64,000 bases of DNA from Tubiluchus corallicola (GCA_030141605.1 JAQGDQ010000986.1:1-64000); one strand, 5' to 3'; numbered from the stretch's first letter, positions 1 to 13,055 are shown. Program-made: numbers and translations. The notes: generated from the sequence alone by a model not told the origin.

Positions 1-153
1 ATTATGTTATGTTATGTTATGTTATGTTATGTTATGTTATGTTATGTCATGTCATGTCATGTCATGTCATGTCATGTCATGTCATGTCATGTCATGTCAT
101 GTCATGTCATATCATATCATATCATATCATATTATATTATATTATATTATATT
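1..153. repeat. Compound pentanucleotide microsatellite (TTATG)n-(TCATG)n-(TCATA)n-(TTATA)n
   Basis: Read directly from the sequence. Confidence 0.95.
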
Positions 154-170
154 AATTTACGGTTACGTAG

Positions 171-303
171 ATGACGTCATGTAATGGCGCCGTCGAAACA
201 GTATTGCGGGAGATTTAAAATGAAAACAAACAAAAAATCCTTTTAACGCGAGTACGATATAAGCATGAAATTACTGTAAAGTAATACGATTTCTTAAGGC
301 GAT
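171..303. mobile_element. Fragment of the TTAA-flanked (Kolobok/T2-like) MITE family
   Basis: ATGTAATGG..CAGTATTGCGGGAGATTTAAAATGAAAACAAAC matches 53587-53640 and the reverse complement of ~47030-47087. Confidence 0.7.
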
Positions 304-1238
304 CAGAAGTCTGGTGTAGAGATCAGAAGTCTGGTGTAGAGATCAGAAGTCTGGTGTAGAGATCAGAAGTCTGGTGTAGAGATCAGAAGTCTGGTATAGT
401 GATCAGAAGTCTGGTTTAGTGATTAGAAGTCTGGTGTAGAGATCAGAAGTCTGGTGTAGAGATCAGAAGTCTGGTGTAGAGATCAGAAGTTTGGTGTAGA
501 GATCAGAAGTCTGGTGTAGAGATCAGAAGTCTGGTATAGTGATCAGAAGTCTGGTTTAGTGATCAGAAGTCTGGTGTAGAGATCAGAAGTCTGGTGTAGA
601 GATCAGAAGTCTGGTGTAGAGATCAGAAGTTTGGTGTAGAGATCAGAAGTCTGGTGTAGAGATCAGAAGTCTGGTATAGTGATCAGAAGTCTGGTTTAGT
701 GATCAGAAGTCTGGTTTAGTGATCAGAAGTCTGGTGTAGAGATCAGAAGTCTGGTGTAGAGATCAGAAGTCTGGTGTAGATCATAAGTATGGTGTAGATC
801 AGAAGTCTGGTGTAGAGATCAGAAGTCTGGTGTAGATCAGAAGTATGGTGTAGATCAGAAGTCTGGTGTAGAGATCAGAAGTCTGGTGTAGATCAGAAGT
901 ATGGTGTAGATCAGAAGTCTGGTGTAGAGATCAGAAGTCTGGTGTAGATCAGAAGTATGATGTAGATCAGAAGTCTGGTGTAGAGATCAGAAGTCTGGTG
1001 TAGATCAGAAGTATGGTGTAGATCAGAAGTCTGGTGTAGAGATCAGAAATCTGGTGTAGATCAGAAGTATGGTGTAGATCAGAAGTCTGGTGTAGATCAG
1101 AAGTCTGGTGTAGAGATCAGAAGTCTGGTGTAGATCAGAAGTATGATGTAGATCAGAAGTCTGGTGTAGAGATCAGAAGTCTGGTGTAGATCAGAAGTAT
1201 GGTGTAGATCAGAAGTCTGGTGTAGATCAGAAGTATGG
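301..1238. repeat. Minisatellite, 20-bp unit GATCAGAAGTCTGGTGTAGA with 18-bp variants and higher-order structure
   Basis: Tandem units read directly; no unique spacers. Confidence 0.95.
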
Positions 1239-1756
1239 ATAACGGCAGTAAAATATTTAGAAAATGCCGAAGGTAATAATTTGTGACGAAATCTGTAAAT
1301 GAACATTATCATTATTAACAATAATTACGGGATTTGAAGTTTTTGTCAATAACCCTGGTTACACAGATGCACTATGATGGATAGGTGAAACCTGTACAGT
1401 GTGGTAGGTAGCAGCCCAGGTAAAGAAAGTAAATTGTGTGTAATTTGATAAGTGTGTTGGACTATAAGCTTGTAATGAGATAATTGGCGTGTAGGAAATG
1501 CTGGTGTTTGTTTTTCACGAAGGTTTCGATGCCTTTATGGTCTGCTTCCGAACAATTAAGCGTAATTTGACTCGTTATTTTAATTACAGTTTGTTTCCGT
1601 ACTGGCAGCGCGTGCGCTTTTCATAGCAAGCTACACTTCCAGAATCAAAATTTTGGTGGCAAGTTTGTAGATTAAGACTAAGAACTTGTTAAAATAGCAT
1701 CGCAGATACAACACTACTTAAGCTATTTTATCACGCTTTCATTGTTTTTTGCTGTT

Positions 1757-2765
<1,009 letters not shown>

Positions 2766-3949
2766 TCAATTTATAATTAATCATCAGTTTATCAATTAAT
2801 AAGTCACCCATACGTGAGTTAAATTGGCTTAATTTAGTACTTTCAAACACGTCTCCTTTTACTTTATTAATTAAATAATAGTTAACTAACTAGATTTTGA
2901 CATGAAAAGGCAAATTCCAGCTCTTCTTCAGCAAAAAGATAATTTTTAAACTCACCGTGAAACCGAACGTAAATTGACAAGAAAATGTGGCCAGTTCAAT
3001 AGCCAACTTCAATAGCAAGAAAATGCTGTATTCTAGCAAAAACAACCATCAGATCATGTTTAGTCATCTCCTTGAAACTTTTGCTTAACAACTTTAAGAA
3101 CTTTTTTGCATATTCTAATTTTAAAGAACCACTAAGCGAGATGGAAAACCGGAAATGTCTTTGTTTCAGAAACATGCATATTGAAAACTAATTAACCTTA
3201 GTGACATGTTGATTAATCATTTAAGATTTAGAGCTTGCAACCTGTTAATTTTGCTCGTCATAAGTAATTCATTTTCTTGTTTTTGCTTTTATATACTTAC
3301 CCTGGCAATGACGGGCTTTGAATGTTTATTTGCTTAGGCGTACTTTTAAAACTTTTAAAACAAGCCGCATCTTATACCAAGTCAAAGTCAAGCACAATTA
3401 TTTGAAAGACAGACTTCTCCGAACTCAGCAGAACGTTGTAATTTATTCTGTATTAGCTGCTGCCGTTGCTGATTTGGTCTTTGTCACCGTTGCCGTTTTT
3501 GCTAAAAAATAAGAGCTTTAAAATATGAGAGAAATATTCTTTTGTTATCTTTAACGTGAATAAAACGATGAATACCCTTTACAGTCTCACAGTAGATTAT
3601 TTATTTATTTCAGGATCTTTTTTCTTAATGTGCTTCATCAGCTGAAAATTATAGATAAAATGTTAAAACAGTTTGACAAGTCTGCAAGTAAAGATTAAAA
3701 ACAAAAATATTATTCTATTTATTATTATTTTAACTTATTATTTCTTACTAACCCTAACTTATTTTTCAAATCAATGATATCTAAGCTACTAGTTTGCTTT
3801 TAATATTTTATCTGTAATTTTCAATTGATGAAGTCCGTTAAGAAAAAGGTTTCTGAATGAAATAAATAATCTACTTTGAGACTGCAAATGACATTAAACG
3901 TTTTATCTAGGTTAAAAGTAAAAGAGAATGGTGTGTTGATGAGGCTCAT

Positions 3950-4290
3950 CGACAACGAAAACGATGATGACGATGAAAACGACAATGATGACGACGACGA
4001 ATTGATGTTGATGATGATGATGTTGATGACGACGACGACGATGATGATGACAACGACCAATTGATGATTATGATGATGATAATGATGATGTTGATGACGA
4101 TGACGACGACGACGATGATGATGACGACAATGGTGACGACGAATTGATGACGATGCTGTCGACAATGACGACGACGACGAATTGATGATGATGTTGATGA
4201 CGGTGACGATGACGATGATGACGACGATGATGATGATGAAGATAATGATGATGACGACGACGATGATGATGATGATAATGACGATGATAA
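3950..4290. repeat. Degenerate (GAT/GAC)n low-complexity tract
   Basis: Read directly. Confidence 0.9.
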
Positions 4291-4690
4291 ATAGATGTAA
4301 ATTTATTTAAAGCATATAATCTCTATCGTTTACGTGCTCAAACGTGCTCGACGTTGATAATTGACCATAGTCAATAATAATCCGAGTAATTCTAACAGTG
4401 TTGCAACCCCCCGGCGAATTGACGTCATTCTTGGATAATGACATGATGATCTTTTGGTAAAGTTCACTTGCCGCGAGATAAAGCTTAATTGCCACGGATT
4501 TAGAGTCGTTTGCCTAAGAGTTACATGAACGAGTTTTCAGTAACAATAATTATTAATCTGTTGCTTTATTGAGGAAACTTATTATTTTAGTGCTCCTAGT
4601 GTCTTTGCGCCAGAAAAAAGATGGCGTATATGAGCAAAGCAAGTCATTCTGACAAAGTTAAACTAAATTATTCGTTCAAATTGTTTTCGT

Positions 4691-5048
4691 TTAAACCACA
4701 AGAAAAGCCTCCACTTACACAAATCTTAAAAAATTCGTCTTGAAATTTTATTTCACATACAGGACTTCAATCGGCAGTCACGCTGTATAAAACATGTAAA
4801 TTTAAACTCCGGCGATGACCGTTAGATGCAGCCATTTTGACGATAAGTCGTTTGAAACAAGTTTAGATAACATTTTGTAAAGTTTGAAAATGTAATCATA
4901 GCATACGTAACGCATTCCTCACTAACTAAGTAAAATTTTAAATGACTGTATCTTGTCAATAAGATTAAAAATACGTTTTTTGGTTTTTGAGAGGTGCATC
5001 CCGATTTTTCTGAAATCGACTTCAGGTACCCCTTTTCTTGTCTTTTAA
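4691..5048. mobile_element. Internally deleted TTAA-flanked MITE (Kolobok/T2-like)
   Basis: TTAAACCACAAGAAAAG...CTTTTCTTGTCTTTTAA termini; body is the reverse complement of ~47260-47571. Confidence 0.75.
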
Positions 5049-6223
5049 GAATTTGAGTAAAGTAGCATCAGCTACCCAATAAACTAATGTGGAAATTCAA
5101 ATTAAGTAACTTGTTGTTCAACATAAATATTGAATATAAATAAATAAATATATATAATTAAATAACTAATAAATAAAGAATATAAATAACGAATAAAAGC
5201 AAATATGATTCTTCTTTTAGCTGGTAACATGCTGGCACAAATATTACCTAAGTTGAGTACCTAATATACTAGATAAATGCATTACATGAATATTTTCAGA
5301 ACATTCATTCTGAGTAGGTAGAATTTCTGTTCTCTGTTCATGGCTTGCCTTCATTCAAAGCGTACATATGACCCAGATATTTTACTAGCGCTGTGCGTTA
5401 CGTGTTGTAGTCATCTTAACTCAAATATTTAACCTACGTGCAAAAATGAACAAGAGTATGACTAACTTCTCTGAAAAGTCAAAAGGTTTGATTTTTTTAC
5501 CCTTACTGGGACTCGAACTCAGTGCAGCCGTGGAGACAAACTAATGTAATCATGCTGCAGATAAATAACCACTTAACGCTATTTAACATCAATGGATCAT
5601 TATTGCATGAATGATAAATACACAGGTGTTTGATCTAACAAGATGCTTGGTCAGGCTTTCCGCTTTTAATGCACACAATGCCTTAGTAACTCATAGAATC
5701 GAATAACAGCAGTAATTTACGTAGGTAACTTGCGCCCAGGTCCAGCAATTATCTTGGTTTATTCCATACTTTGCTTGATGAAGGTAACCAATTGTGTAGT
5801 AGTGTGCCTAGAAATGTGCGTCACAATGGCTTCTATGGTTACTGTTGTCATGAAAATATTGATAATCGATCACCTCTATCCATTCGCTATTACTTGCTTG
5901 GTTTCCCTGGGGAAGAATAGAGTTGGTAGGAAGAATGATGTGACTGGGAACTGGTACGCGTAATTTGCAAATTTATTTCCAGTGACACGCGGGTTTATCC
6001 GTATGCTAAACCTAAGTGAATGATAATTAATTTTATAGTAATTAATTTTCTGGATAAAAGTTAATCATTTGCTGCAGTAGTTCATTTGTCTACTTTCCAG
6101 TGAGACAACAACCATCATTTCTAACTTTTGACTTTATCGAAGAATTATCTTTATCATTATTTTTATCATAAGAGTCAAACTCCATGTTTTCATAAAGACG
6201 GACAGATTGAGGATAAATCATCT

Positions 6224-6533
6224 ATAGGTTTTACATGTCAAATGTAGACCTACCTTAAGTCAAATGTAGATTTAGGTAATTCAAATGTGTCTTGGTAACT
6301 CAAATGTAGACTTAGCTAGTTCAAATGTGTTAACAATGGTTTTCAAGAAATCTTAAGCGTTTTTGTTAAGTCAAATGTAGACGCATGTCAAGACAAATGT
6401 CCTATGTCTACATTTGACTTACCTAAGTCACATTTGAGTTACCAAAACACATTCGAAATTCCGATGTCTACATTTGACTTACCTAAGTCACAGTTGAACT
6501 TTCCTGTGTCTACATTTGACGTGTAAAACCTAT
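6224..6533. mobile_element. Foldback-type non-autonomous DNA element with internal TCAAATGT subrepeats
   Basis: ATAGGTTTTACATGTCAAATGTAGAC ... GTCTACATTTGACGTGTAAAACCTAT inverted termini; AT at both ends could be a 2-bp TSD. Confidence 0.75.
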
Positions 6534-6539
6534 GTTACA

Positions 6540-7010
6540 GATTGGGTCACAATAGCGAATGATATAAAGTGGAATGTCTGCATAAACAATATCATTTCAC
6601 AAGCAAATCAAGGCAAAGGCATGATCAAATGTTGTATTAGGAAAGCATCTGTTATCATGACACTTTACGAAGCCATTATGCGCTCAATGCTTGTGTATAC
6701 TTCAATGGTCTGGTCACCACAGTACTTCACTCTTAAAGCATCTCTGGAAAAAACATAAAACAGATGTATTAGACTAGCTGAAGACGCTGACCTTTCTACG
6801 ATATCAAAGCTGCAACATGGGAGAGAGACAACTGACCTAATCAGTTGTTATAAGATAATCAGTGGAGCATCTATCATACAGGAAGATATTTTTTCACGCC
6901 CCCCTAACCCCCTCCGTGGACGCCCCTCCAAACTATTTGTTACTTTTCACGAACCAATATTAGATCACACCCTTTGCCTCCCACTTCATCGGCCCTTGGA
7001 ACAAATTACC
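6540..7010 (+). mobile_element. Degenerate CR1/L2-clade LINE ORF2 3' fragment
   Basis: Translation VTIANDIKWNVCINNIISQAN...LYEAIMRSMLVYTSMVWSP...DLISCYKIISG resembles the post-RT region of CR1/L2 ORF2; in-frame stops present. Confidence 0.7.
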
Positions 7011-7489
7011 AACGGCAACCATTAAGTTATAAGTCATTTATTTCACATTACACATTACAATAGTTTCATATACAATATATAGTGAAAGGGCCTACACTGA
7101 ACGTAATACAAATAAGAAATACTGCACAGGAAAAGCCTCAAACACTGTTCACCTATATACGAAGGTAAATGTGTTGCGGGTAATCAAAAAGCGGAGCTTG
7201 TTAGATTGTCCCACACAGTGATAGAAAAAAAGTAATGGAGATAATCTGAAAATTTAAAGTGAATCATGATAAAAAAAAGCATTAGTGCTTAAAATGGAAT
7301 GATGTAATGAATGCACCATTCAAGCACCATTTAAATCGTGCTTGAGAAGGGACCGTAACCGAGTTCAACTCTGGGTCCCTACGACTTTAACAGGTTGACC
7401 GTTAACAGGTTGACAGTTTAACGAAAACTTGAGAGACCAGAATAACGTATTCATAATAAGTATTCTTTTTCTCTTTCAGGAATGCTAAA

Positions 7490-10400
7490 ATGGGATGGTG
7501 GAGTATAGTGGCAACGGCGGCTGTAATTCTATGCTCGCTGACGCGTACACGGTTGGCAGAGGAATGCGAGAATTTTCAATACGTCATCCTCACACTACCA
7601 ACGTGTTCTTGCTCTTCGGCTGACAGAATTACGTGCAATGGTGGTAATATAACAGATATAGCCTACACGCTGAGTGTTGCAAACCAGAAACTGGACAAGC
7701 TGACCATTACGTCAAGTGATACACCCACTTTTATCAATAGCAGACCGTTTTTTGGACTTAAACTGAGAGAACTTAGAATAAACTTTGGTAGAATAGAAAG
7801 TGTGGAAGAGAAAGCGTTTAGCGAAATAGATGAACTCAGTCAACTGAATTTAGCTCACAATCTTTTAAAGGAAGTGCCTCGGTTAGTATTTAAAAATGAC
7901 AGTGTGCTACTTGTTATAGACTTGGAGTCAAATCTGATTTCTTTCGTTTCCGAACAGGTGTTTTCAAATTTCGCAAGTTTAAAGACGTTAAACCTCGGCA
8001 ACAATCGTATCAGCAAAATCAGTTCAAAAGCGTTCGAGAACTTGATAGGATTAGAAGAACTTAGTTTATACGAAAATAAGTTAGAATGGCTACCGGAAGA
8101 CCTCCTGGCAAATTTAGAAAGGCTAAAAACTTTAGACTTAAAAGGAAATGGAATTCTGAAAGTACCCAAAAGGTTTCTGCTCAATCAGTTGAGGTTGACG
8201 TCGTTGAACTTGGAAGATAATGCGCTTGTTGACTTGCCTTCTGATGTGTTTGACACACTCAGAAGTCTTAGGAGTTTAAATCTGGCTGATAACCAGATAG
8301 ATTTTCTCAGCCACAAGATTTTCCGGAACTTGACGCAGTTGAGGAACCTGGATTTGTCCGGCAATCGATTGCACCAGTTGTCGTTTGCTGTTTTGGGGAC
8401 GTTAACACAACTCGCAGTTTTACGAGTAAAACACAACGATTTGCACCACGTGTATAAAGATTCGTTTTTAACCAACACGAAGCTTACAGAACTTGACTTA
8501 ACAGACAATCACCTTACAAAACTCGAGCAATATTTCAAAGAACCTCGCCAATTAAGCACTTTTAAAATTGGCCACAACAAAATTACTGATATTGAACGAG
8601 ATGCCTTCAAATTTCTTCCTGATCTGAGAGTAATCGATATGTCACATAATTTGATGGAATCTATTCCAAACGACCTGTTTAAAAATCTAACAAAACTCGA
8701 AAGATTGAAATTAAACAACAACAAACTTGGCCACATTCCAAACGACTTATTCAACATTACTGATGGAGAAAATTCATTAGTTTACCTTAGTCTAGCTAAT
8801 AATAAAATCAGAACCATACTCAGCGGAACGTTTCTCAATTTGAATATATTGGAGTACTTGAATCTTGCAGACAACCAATTATCTGTTTTATTAGAAGACA
8901 CCTTTGAGGGCTTAAATAATTTACAATTTCTTTCCCTGGCGAGGAACAGGATCAAGTCTGTTCCAGATGGCATATTTAAACCCCTTTCTTCACTGACTTG
9001 CTTGATAATGAATGAAAATCAACTTGTCACTGTGCCCACAAAAGCTTTTCAACGTCTGTCTAGTATTCAAAATCTGCACTTAGTAAGAAATAACTTGACA
9101 AAATTTCCCGGGGAGATTGCTGCTTTGCTGTCGACGCCAGAGCAGCCATTACAAGTCTTGAATCTTGAACACAATTTCATCTCGGAATTACCACCAAAAA
9201 GTGGAAACCGAGTTGACATATTGGAACTAAATCTGGCGCACAATTTAATTGAACACATCGACGGTTCATTTTTTGAGAACCTTGAGAACAGTTTTGAAGT
9301 TATTGACCTTTCCCACAATCAAATACGTACATTTGAAAGCAGTGTTTTTTCAAGCATGAGAAAACTGGAAAGAATTTCAATGCGAGGCAATCAAGTATCA
9401 CATCTTCTACATAATCGAAGAGTCGAAGTTATAGACATGTCTGAAAACAACTTTACGATCTGCAATTTAACTGATTTGGCCAGTTTGCCACGAGTGCGTG
9501 TCATCGACTTGCGACAAAACCAGATAAATGACTTCAACACAGCCACTTTCAAGCACAAATCGCTATCCGAACTAGATCTGAGCCACAACAACATCACAAG
9601 TGTCTCGCGTTTATTTCAGAACATCCTCAGTTACGTCACTTTCCTGAATTTGTCGTATAATCAGATATCTACGTTTAACAATATCACCACGTTTGGCATT
9701 CCTAACATTGAAGTCATTGATGTTTCTCACAATTTAATTTCCTCAGTGCCATATCATCTCTGGGCGCAACCTGGGAAGGGTATCAAGGTATTAAACATCT
9801 CTCACAACCCTATTGAAGCCATTGACGAGGACAGCTTTCATGGTTTAGTAACAGTGGAAACTTTAGTCATGACAGACCTGCTGAATCTTACCAACTTGAG
9901 CTACACATTTCCATGGATGATGGATGAACTCAAGGTTCTTCATTTGTATAACTTACCTCTAGTTAAGCACATCGATATTGACATGCTGCTGAAACGTCGT
10001 AGCAAACTGAAAGAGTTAGCTCTTGAAGTCAAAGACAGTGTTCTAGATTCACAGTTGAGCGAGGTGATGCCTACACTCTCTAGCTTGTACATTACTGGCA
10101 AAAATTTGAGGAACATCTCGAAGAAAGCTTTTGAGAGTTTTGGCTCCAAGGTGTCACCTTTAACAGAGTTGGAAACGATACAGTATAAATTGCAGATTAA
10201 GGGCACCAACGTTCGATACTTATTCTGGCCCCTGTTTCCATTTACGAGTTCTCACATGGCCGTGCATCTGGATCTGAGTCACAACGATCTGTCTGCTTTT
10301 AGTCCAGAGGCACTAGAAGTGTTGAGATTCAATGATATTCTGCACTTGGGACTGGATGAGAGTTGGCTGTATTGTGACTGCTACCATCGCTGGTTTGTTT

Positions 10401-10945
10401 ACTGGTTGCAGAAATATGAACGGCGGAAGTTCAATGAGTTTATAGACATGATCGAGGACGATCAAGATTCTGCGCATTACAGTGAAAAGTGTGAAGATTA
10501 CTCAACCGACTTTATGAAGAACTTCTATTTAAGTGTGCAGAAACACATTGAAGGCATTAGCTGCTTGGAGCTAAATGGAAAGAATCGTCAGCGTGTGGTC
10601 GATTTTAACACATCATCAATGGTCTGCGTTTACAAGGCTGAGACGTATGCATTCAGAAACGTTACGGAATGGGTACTTGGCGGAGTCATAGGAATTTTTG
10701 CTATAGTGGCATTGATCGCCATATTTGCAGCATGCATGTGGTCAGTTCGCAATAAAAAGTCGAAAGACGTGAGTGACATTGCGTACGAAAACTCAGCGTA
10801 CACCATCACGCAAGTGAACAGTCATGACAGTCACGACGGAACGCTTGGAAATGGTTTTAGCGCCGAGAACTTAAACAGTACAAATTCCCAGCACACGGAA
10901 GACCTCTCCAAAACTCCCAAGTTCCGCTACACCACCCACTTATGA
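7490..10945 (+). CDS. Chaoptin-like leucine-rich-repeat single-pass membrane protein (1151 aa), no TIR domain
   Basis: Intact ORF after acceptor TTTCAG at 7479; signal peptide, Cys N-cap, about 30 LxxLxLxxN repeats, LRRCT (LYCDCYHRWFVYWL...C...C), TM helix VLGGVIGIFAIVALIAIFAACMW, short tail ending -THL; AATAAA at 11076. Confidence 0.93.
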   Translation: MGWWSIVATAAVILCSLTRTRLAEECENFQYVILTLPTCSCSSADRITCNGGNITDIAYTLSVANQKLDKLTITSSDTPTFINSRPFFGLKLRELRINFGRIESVEEKAFSEIDELSQLNLAHNLLKEVPRLVFKNDSVLLVIDLESNLISFVSEQVFSNFASLKTLNLGNNRISKISSKAFENLIGLEELSLYENKLEWLPEDLLANLERLKTLDLKGNGILKVPKRFLLNQLRLTSLNLEDNALVDLPSDVFDTLRSLRSLNLADNQIDFLSHKIFRNLTQLRNLDLSGNRLHQLSFAVLGTLTQLAVLRVKHNDLHHVYKDSFLTNTKLTELDLTDNHLTKLEQYFKEPRQLSTFKIGHNKITDIERDAFKFLPDLRVIDMSHNLMESIPNDLFKNLTKLERLKLNNNKLGHIPNDLFNITDGENSLVYLSLANNKIRTILSGTFLNLNILEYLNLADNQLSVLLEDTFEGLNNLQFLSLARNRIKSVPDGIFKPLSSLTCLIMNENQLVTVPTKAFQRLSSIQNLHLVRNNLTKFPGEIAALLSTPEQPLQVLNLEHNFISELPPKSGNRVDILELNLAHNLIEHIDGSFFENLENSFEVIDLSHNQIRTFESSVFSSMRKLERISMRGNQVSHLLHNRRVEVIDMSENNFTICNLTDLASLPRVRVIDLRQNQINDFNTATFKHKSLSELDLSHNNITSVSRLFQNILSYVTFLNLSYNQISTFNNITTFGIPNIEVIDVSHNLISSVPYHLWAQPGKGIKVLNISHNPIEAIDEDSFHGLVTVETLVMTDLLNLTNLSYTFPWMMDELKVLHLYNLPLVKHIDIDMLLKRRSKLKELALEVKDSVLDSQLSEVMPTLSSLYITGKNLRNISKKAFESFGSKVSPLTELETIQYKLQIKGTNVRYLFWPLFPFTSSHMAVHLDLSHNDLSAFSPEALEVLRFNDILHLGLDESWLYCDCYHRWFVYWLQKYERRKFNEFIDMIEDDQDSAHYSEKCEDYSTDFMKNFYLSVQKHIEGISCLELNGKNRQRVVDFNTSSMVCVYKAETYAFRNVTEWVLGGVIGIFAIVALIAIFAACMWSVRNKKSKDVSDIAYENSAYTITQVNSHDSHDGTLGNGFSAENLNSTNSQHTEDLSKTPKFRYTTHL

Positions 10946-11878
10946 CAATTCGGATGCAACTGTGGCTCTGATGAAGTTCGCCAAGGACTCAATGGCGATT
11001 CAGATTACATTCAGACAACCCAGTACAAAAAGAAAAGACCTATTCACGTGACACTGGTATAAATTATATTGTAGAAATAAACTTATTATTAGTGTACATA
11101 TTTATGGGTGTCAGTGCTAGTGGTAAAGCTACAGTTGCATGGTCTCATTTTTATTTCGCTGAGTCTCGTATATCTCAGTAATGTGCAATTACAAGACTCA
11201 GAAATATGGAGCTTTCTGGGTAAATTTTTAATCTTCTCAAGCCCTGAAAGCATCATTAAATTCTGTATTTTTCTGTTTCTCTGTTTACCTAGTCATGTTT
11301 AGCTAATTGTTAGCTAATAATTTGATAAGCAGTGCGTTTGACGCAGCAACAAGATTAATGCTGATTTTGTCTTATTCGTAAAGGGATGTTAGAAAATATT
11401 ACTTGCAGCATTTCGGCTTTCAGTTAAGCTAAATACCCCCCCCCACACACCCTCCCATCATGTGGCCGAGTATGTAAAGTATAATGGCTTGCCTACCAAG
11501 TGCAGTCCCTGGTACTTCATGATACGGTGCTAGGGTTATACATAAGCTCATTAACAGGTAAATCGATTCGGGTACCATCACAAGGTTGCCTGCTTACCTG
11601 GTAAAGTGTAACGGCTAAGAAATTACATAACGTCAATTACGTTTTTATTAAAAGCCCTGATTACCTCGCGAGTACGACTCGAAAACTTCAGAGGTTTCTT
11701 AAAACCGTTTGCGTGTTTTGTCTAGAGAGCGTTTCTTGTTAAAAATGATTCGCTAAAATGGTCGAACAAGGGTACTGCCATAAAAGCTTTTGTGAAAAAT
11801 TGAGTCTATTAACGATGCAGTTGCAAAGTGGAAGAAAGCCGTATGAGGTTGATGACCAACGAATTTTCAGGAAGAATT

Positions 11879-13055
11879 ATGGTAGGACTGAGACAGAAAC
11901 GTGACTTACATTATATGCCTGTTATGGTAGGACTGAGACAGAAACGTGACTTATATTATATGCCTGGTATGGTAGGACTGAGACAGAAACGTGACTTATA
12001 TTACATGCCTGGTATGGTAGGACTGAGACAGAAACGTGACTTATATTATATGCCTGGTATGGTAGGACTGAGACAGAAACGTGACTTATATTATATGCCT
12101 GGTATGGTAGGACTGAGACAGAAACGTGACTTATATTATATGCCTGGTATGGTAGGACTGAGACAGAAACGTGACTTTATATGCCTGTTATGGTAGGACT
12201 GAGACAGAAACGTGACTTATATTACATGCCTGGTATGGTAGGACTGAGACAGAAACGTGACTTATATTACATGCCTGGTATGGTAGGACTGAGACAGAAA
12301 CGTGACTTATATTACATGCCTGGTATGGTAGGACTGAGACAGAAACGTGACTTATATTACATGCCTGGTATGGTAGGACTGAGACAGAAACGTGACTTAT
12401 ATTATATGCCTGGTATGGTAGGACTGAGACAGAAACGTGACTTTATATACCTGGTATGGTAGGACTGAGACAGAAACGTGGCTTATATTATATGCCTGGT
12501 ATGGTAGGACTGAGACAGAAACGTGACTTATATTACATGCCTGGTATGGCAGGACTGAGACAGAAACGTGGCTTATATTACATGCCTGGTATGGTAGGAC
12601 TGAGACAGAAACGTGACTTATATTACATGCCTGGTATGGTAGGACTGAGACAGAAACGTGACTTATATTATATGCCTGGTATGGTAGGACTGAGACAGAA
12701 ACGTGACTTATATTATATGCCTGGTATGGTAGGACTGAGACGGAAACGTGACTTATATTACATGCCTGGTATGGTAGGACTGAGACGGAAACGTGACTTA
12801 TATTACATGCCTGGTATGGTAGGACTGAGACAGAAACGTGGCTTATATTACATGCCTGGTATGGTAGGACTGAGACAGAAACGTGACTTATATTACATGC
12901 CTGGTATGGTAGGACTGAGACAGAAACGTGACTTATATTACATGCCTGGTATGGTAGGACTGAGACGGAAACGTGACTTATATTATATGCCTGGTATGGT
13001 AGAACTGAGACGGAAACGTGACTTATATTACATGCCTGGTATGGTAGGACTGAGA
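11879..13055. repeat. 45-bp minisatellite ATGGTAGGACTGAGACAGAAACGTGACTTATATTAYATGCCTGGT, about 26 copies
   Basis: Tandem units read directly; two units carry a 4-nt deletion (~12176, ~12442). Confidence 0.95.

Noticed and set aside
301-1238. CRISPR-like array (also 11879-13055, 41363-41746, 52490-52938, 58331-58945)
   Set aside because: Head-to-tail repeats without unique spacers, eukaryotic context, no cas genes.
7855-10209. Series of antisense ORFs within the LRR gene (also those opposite the SV2 exons)
   Set aside because: Shadow ORFs from codon bias of the real genes; no protein motifs.
7490-10945. Toll-like receptor call
   Set aside because: Tail is ~65 aa with no TIR domain, and none is visible downstream.
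10943-10945. Selenocysteine recoding of the TGA
   Set aside because: No selenoprotein-like context and no SECIS recognisable by eye; SECISearch on the 3' UTR would settle it.
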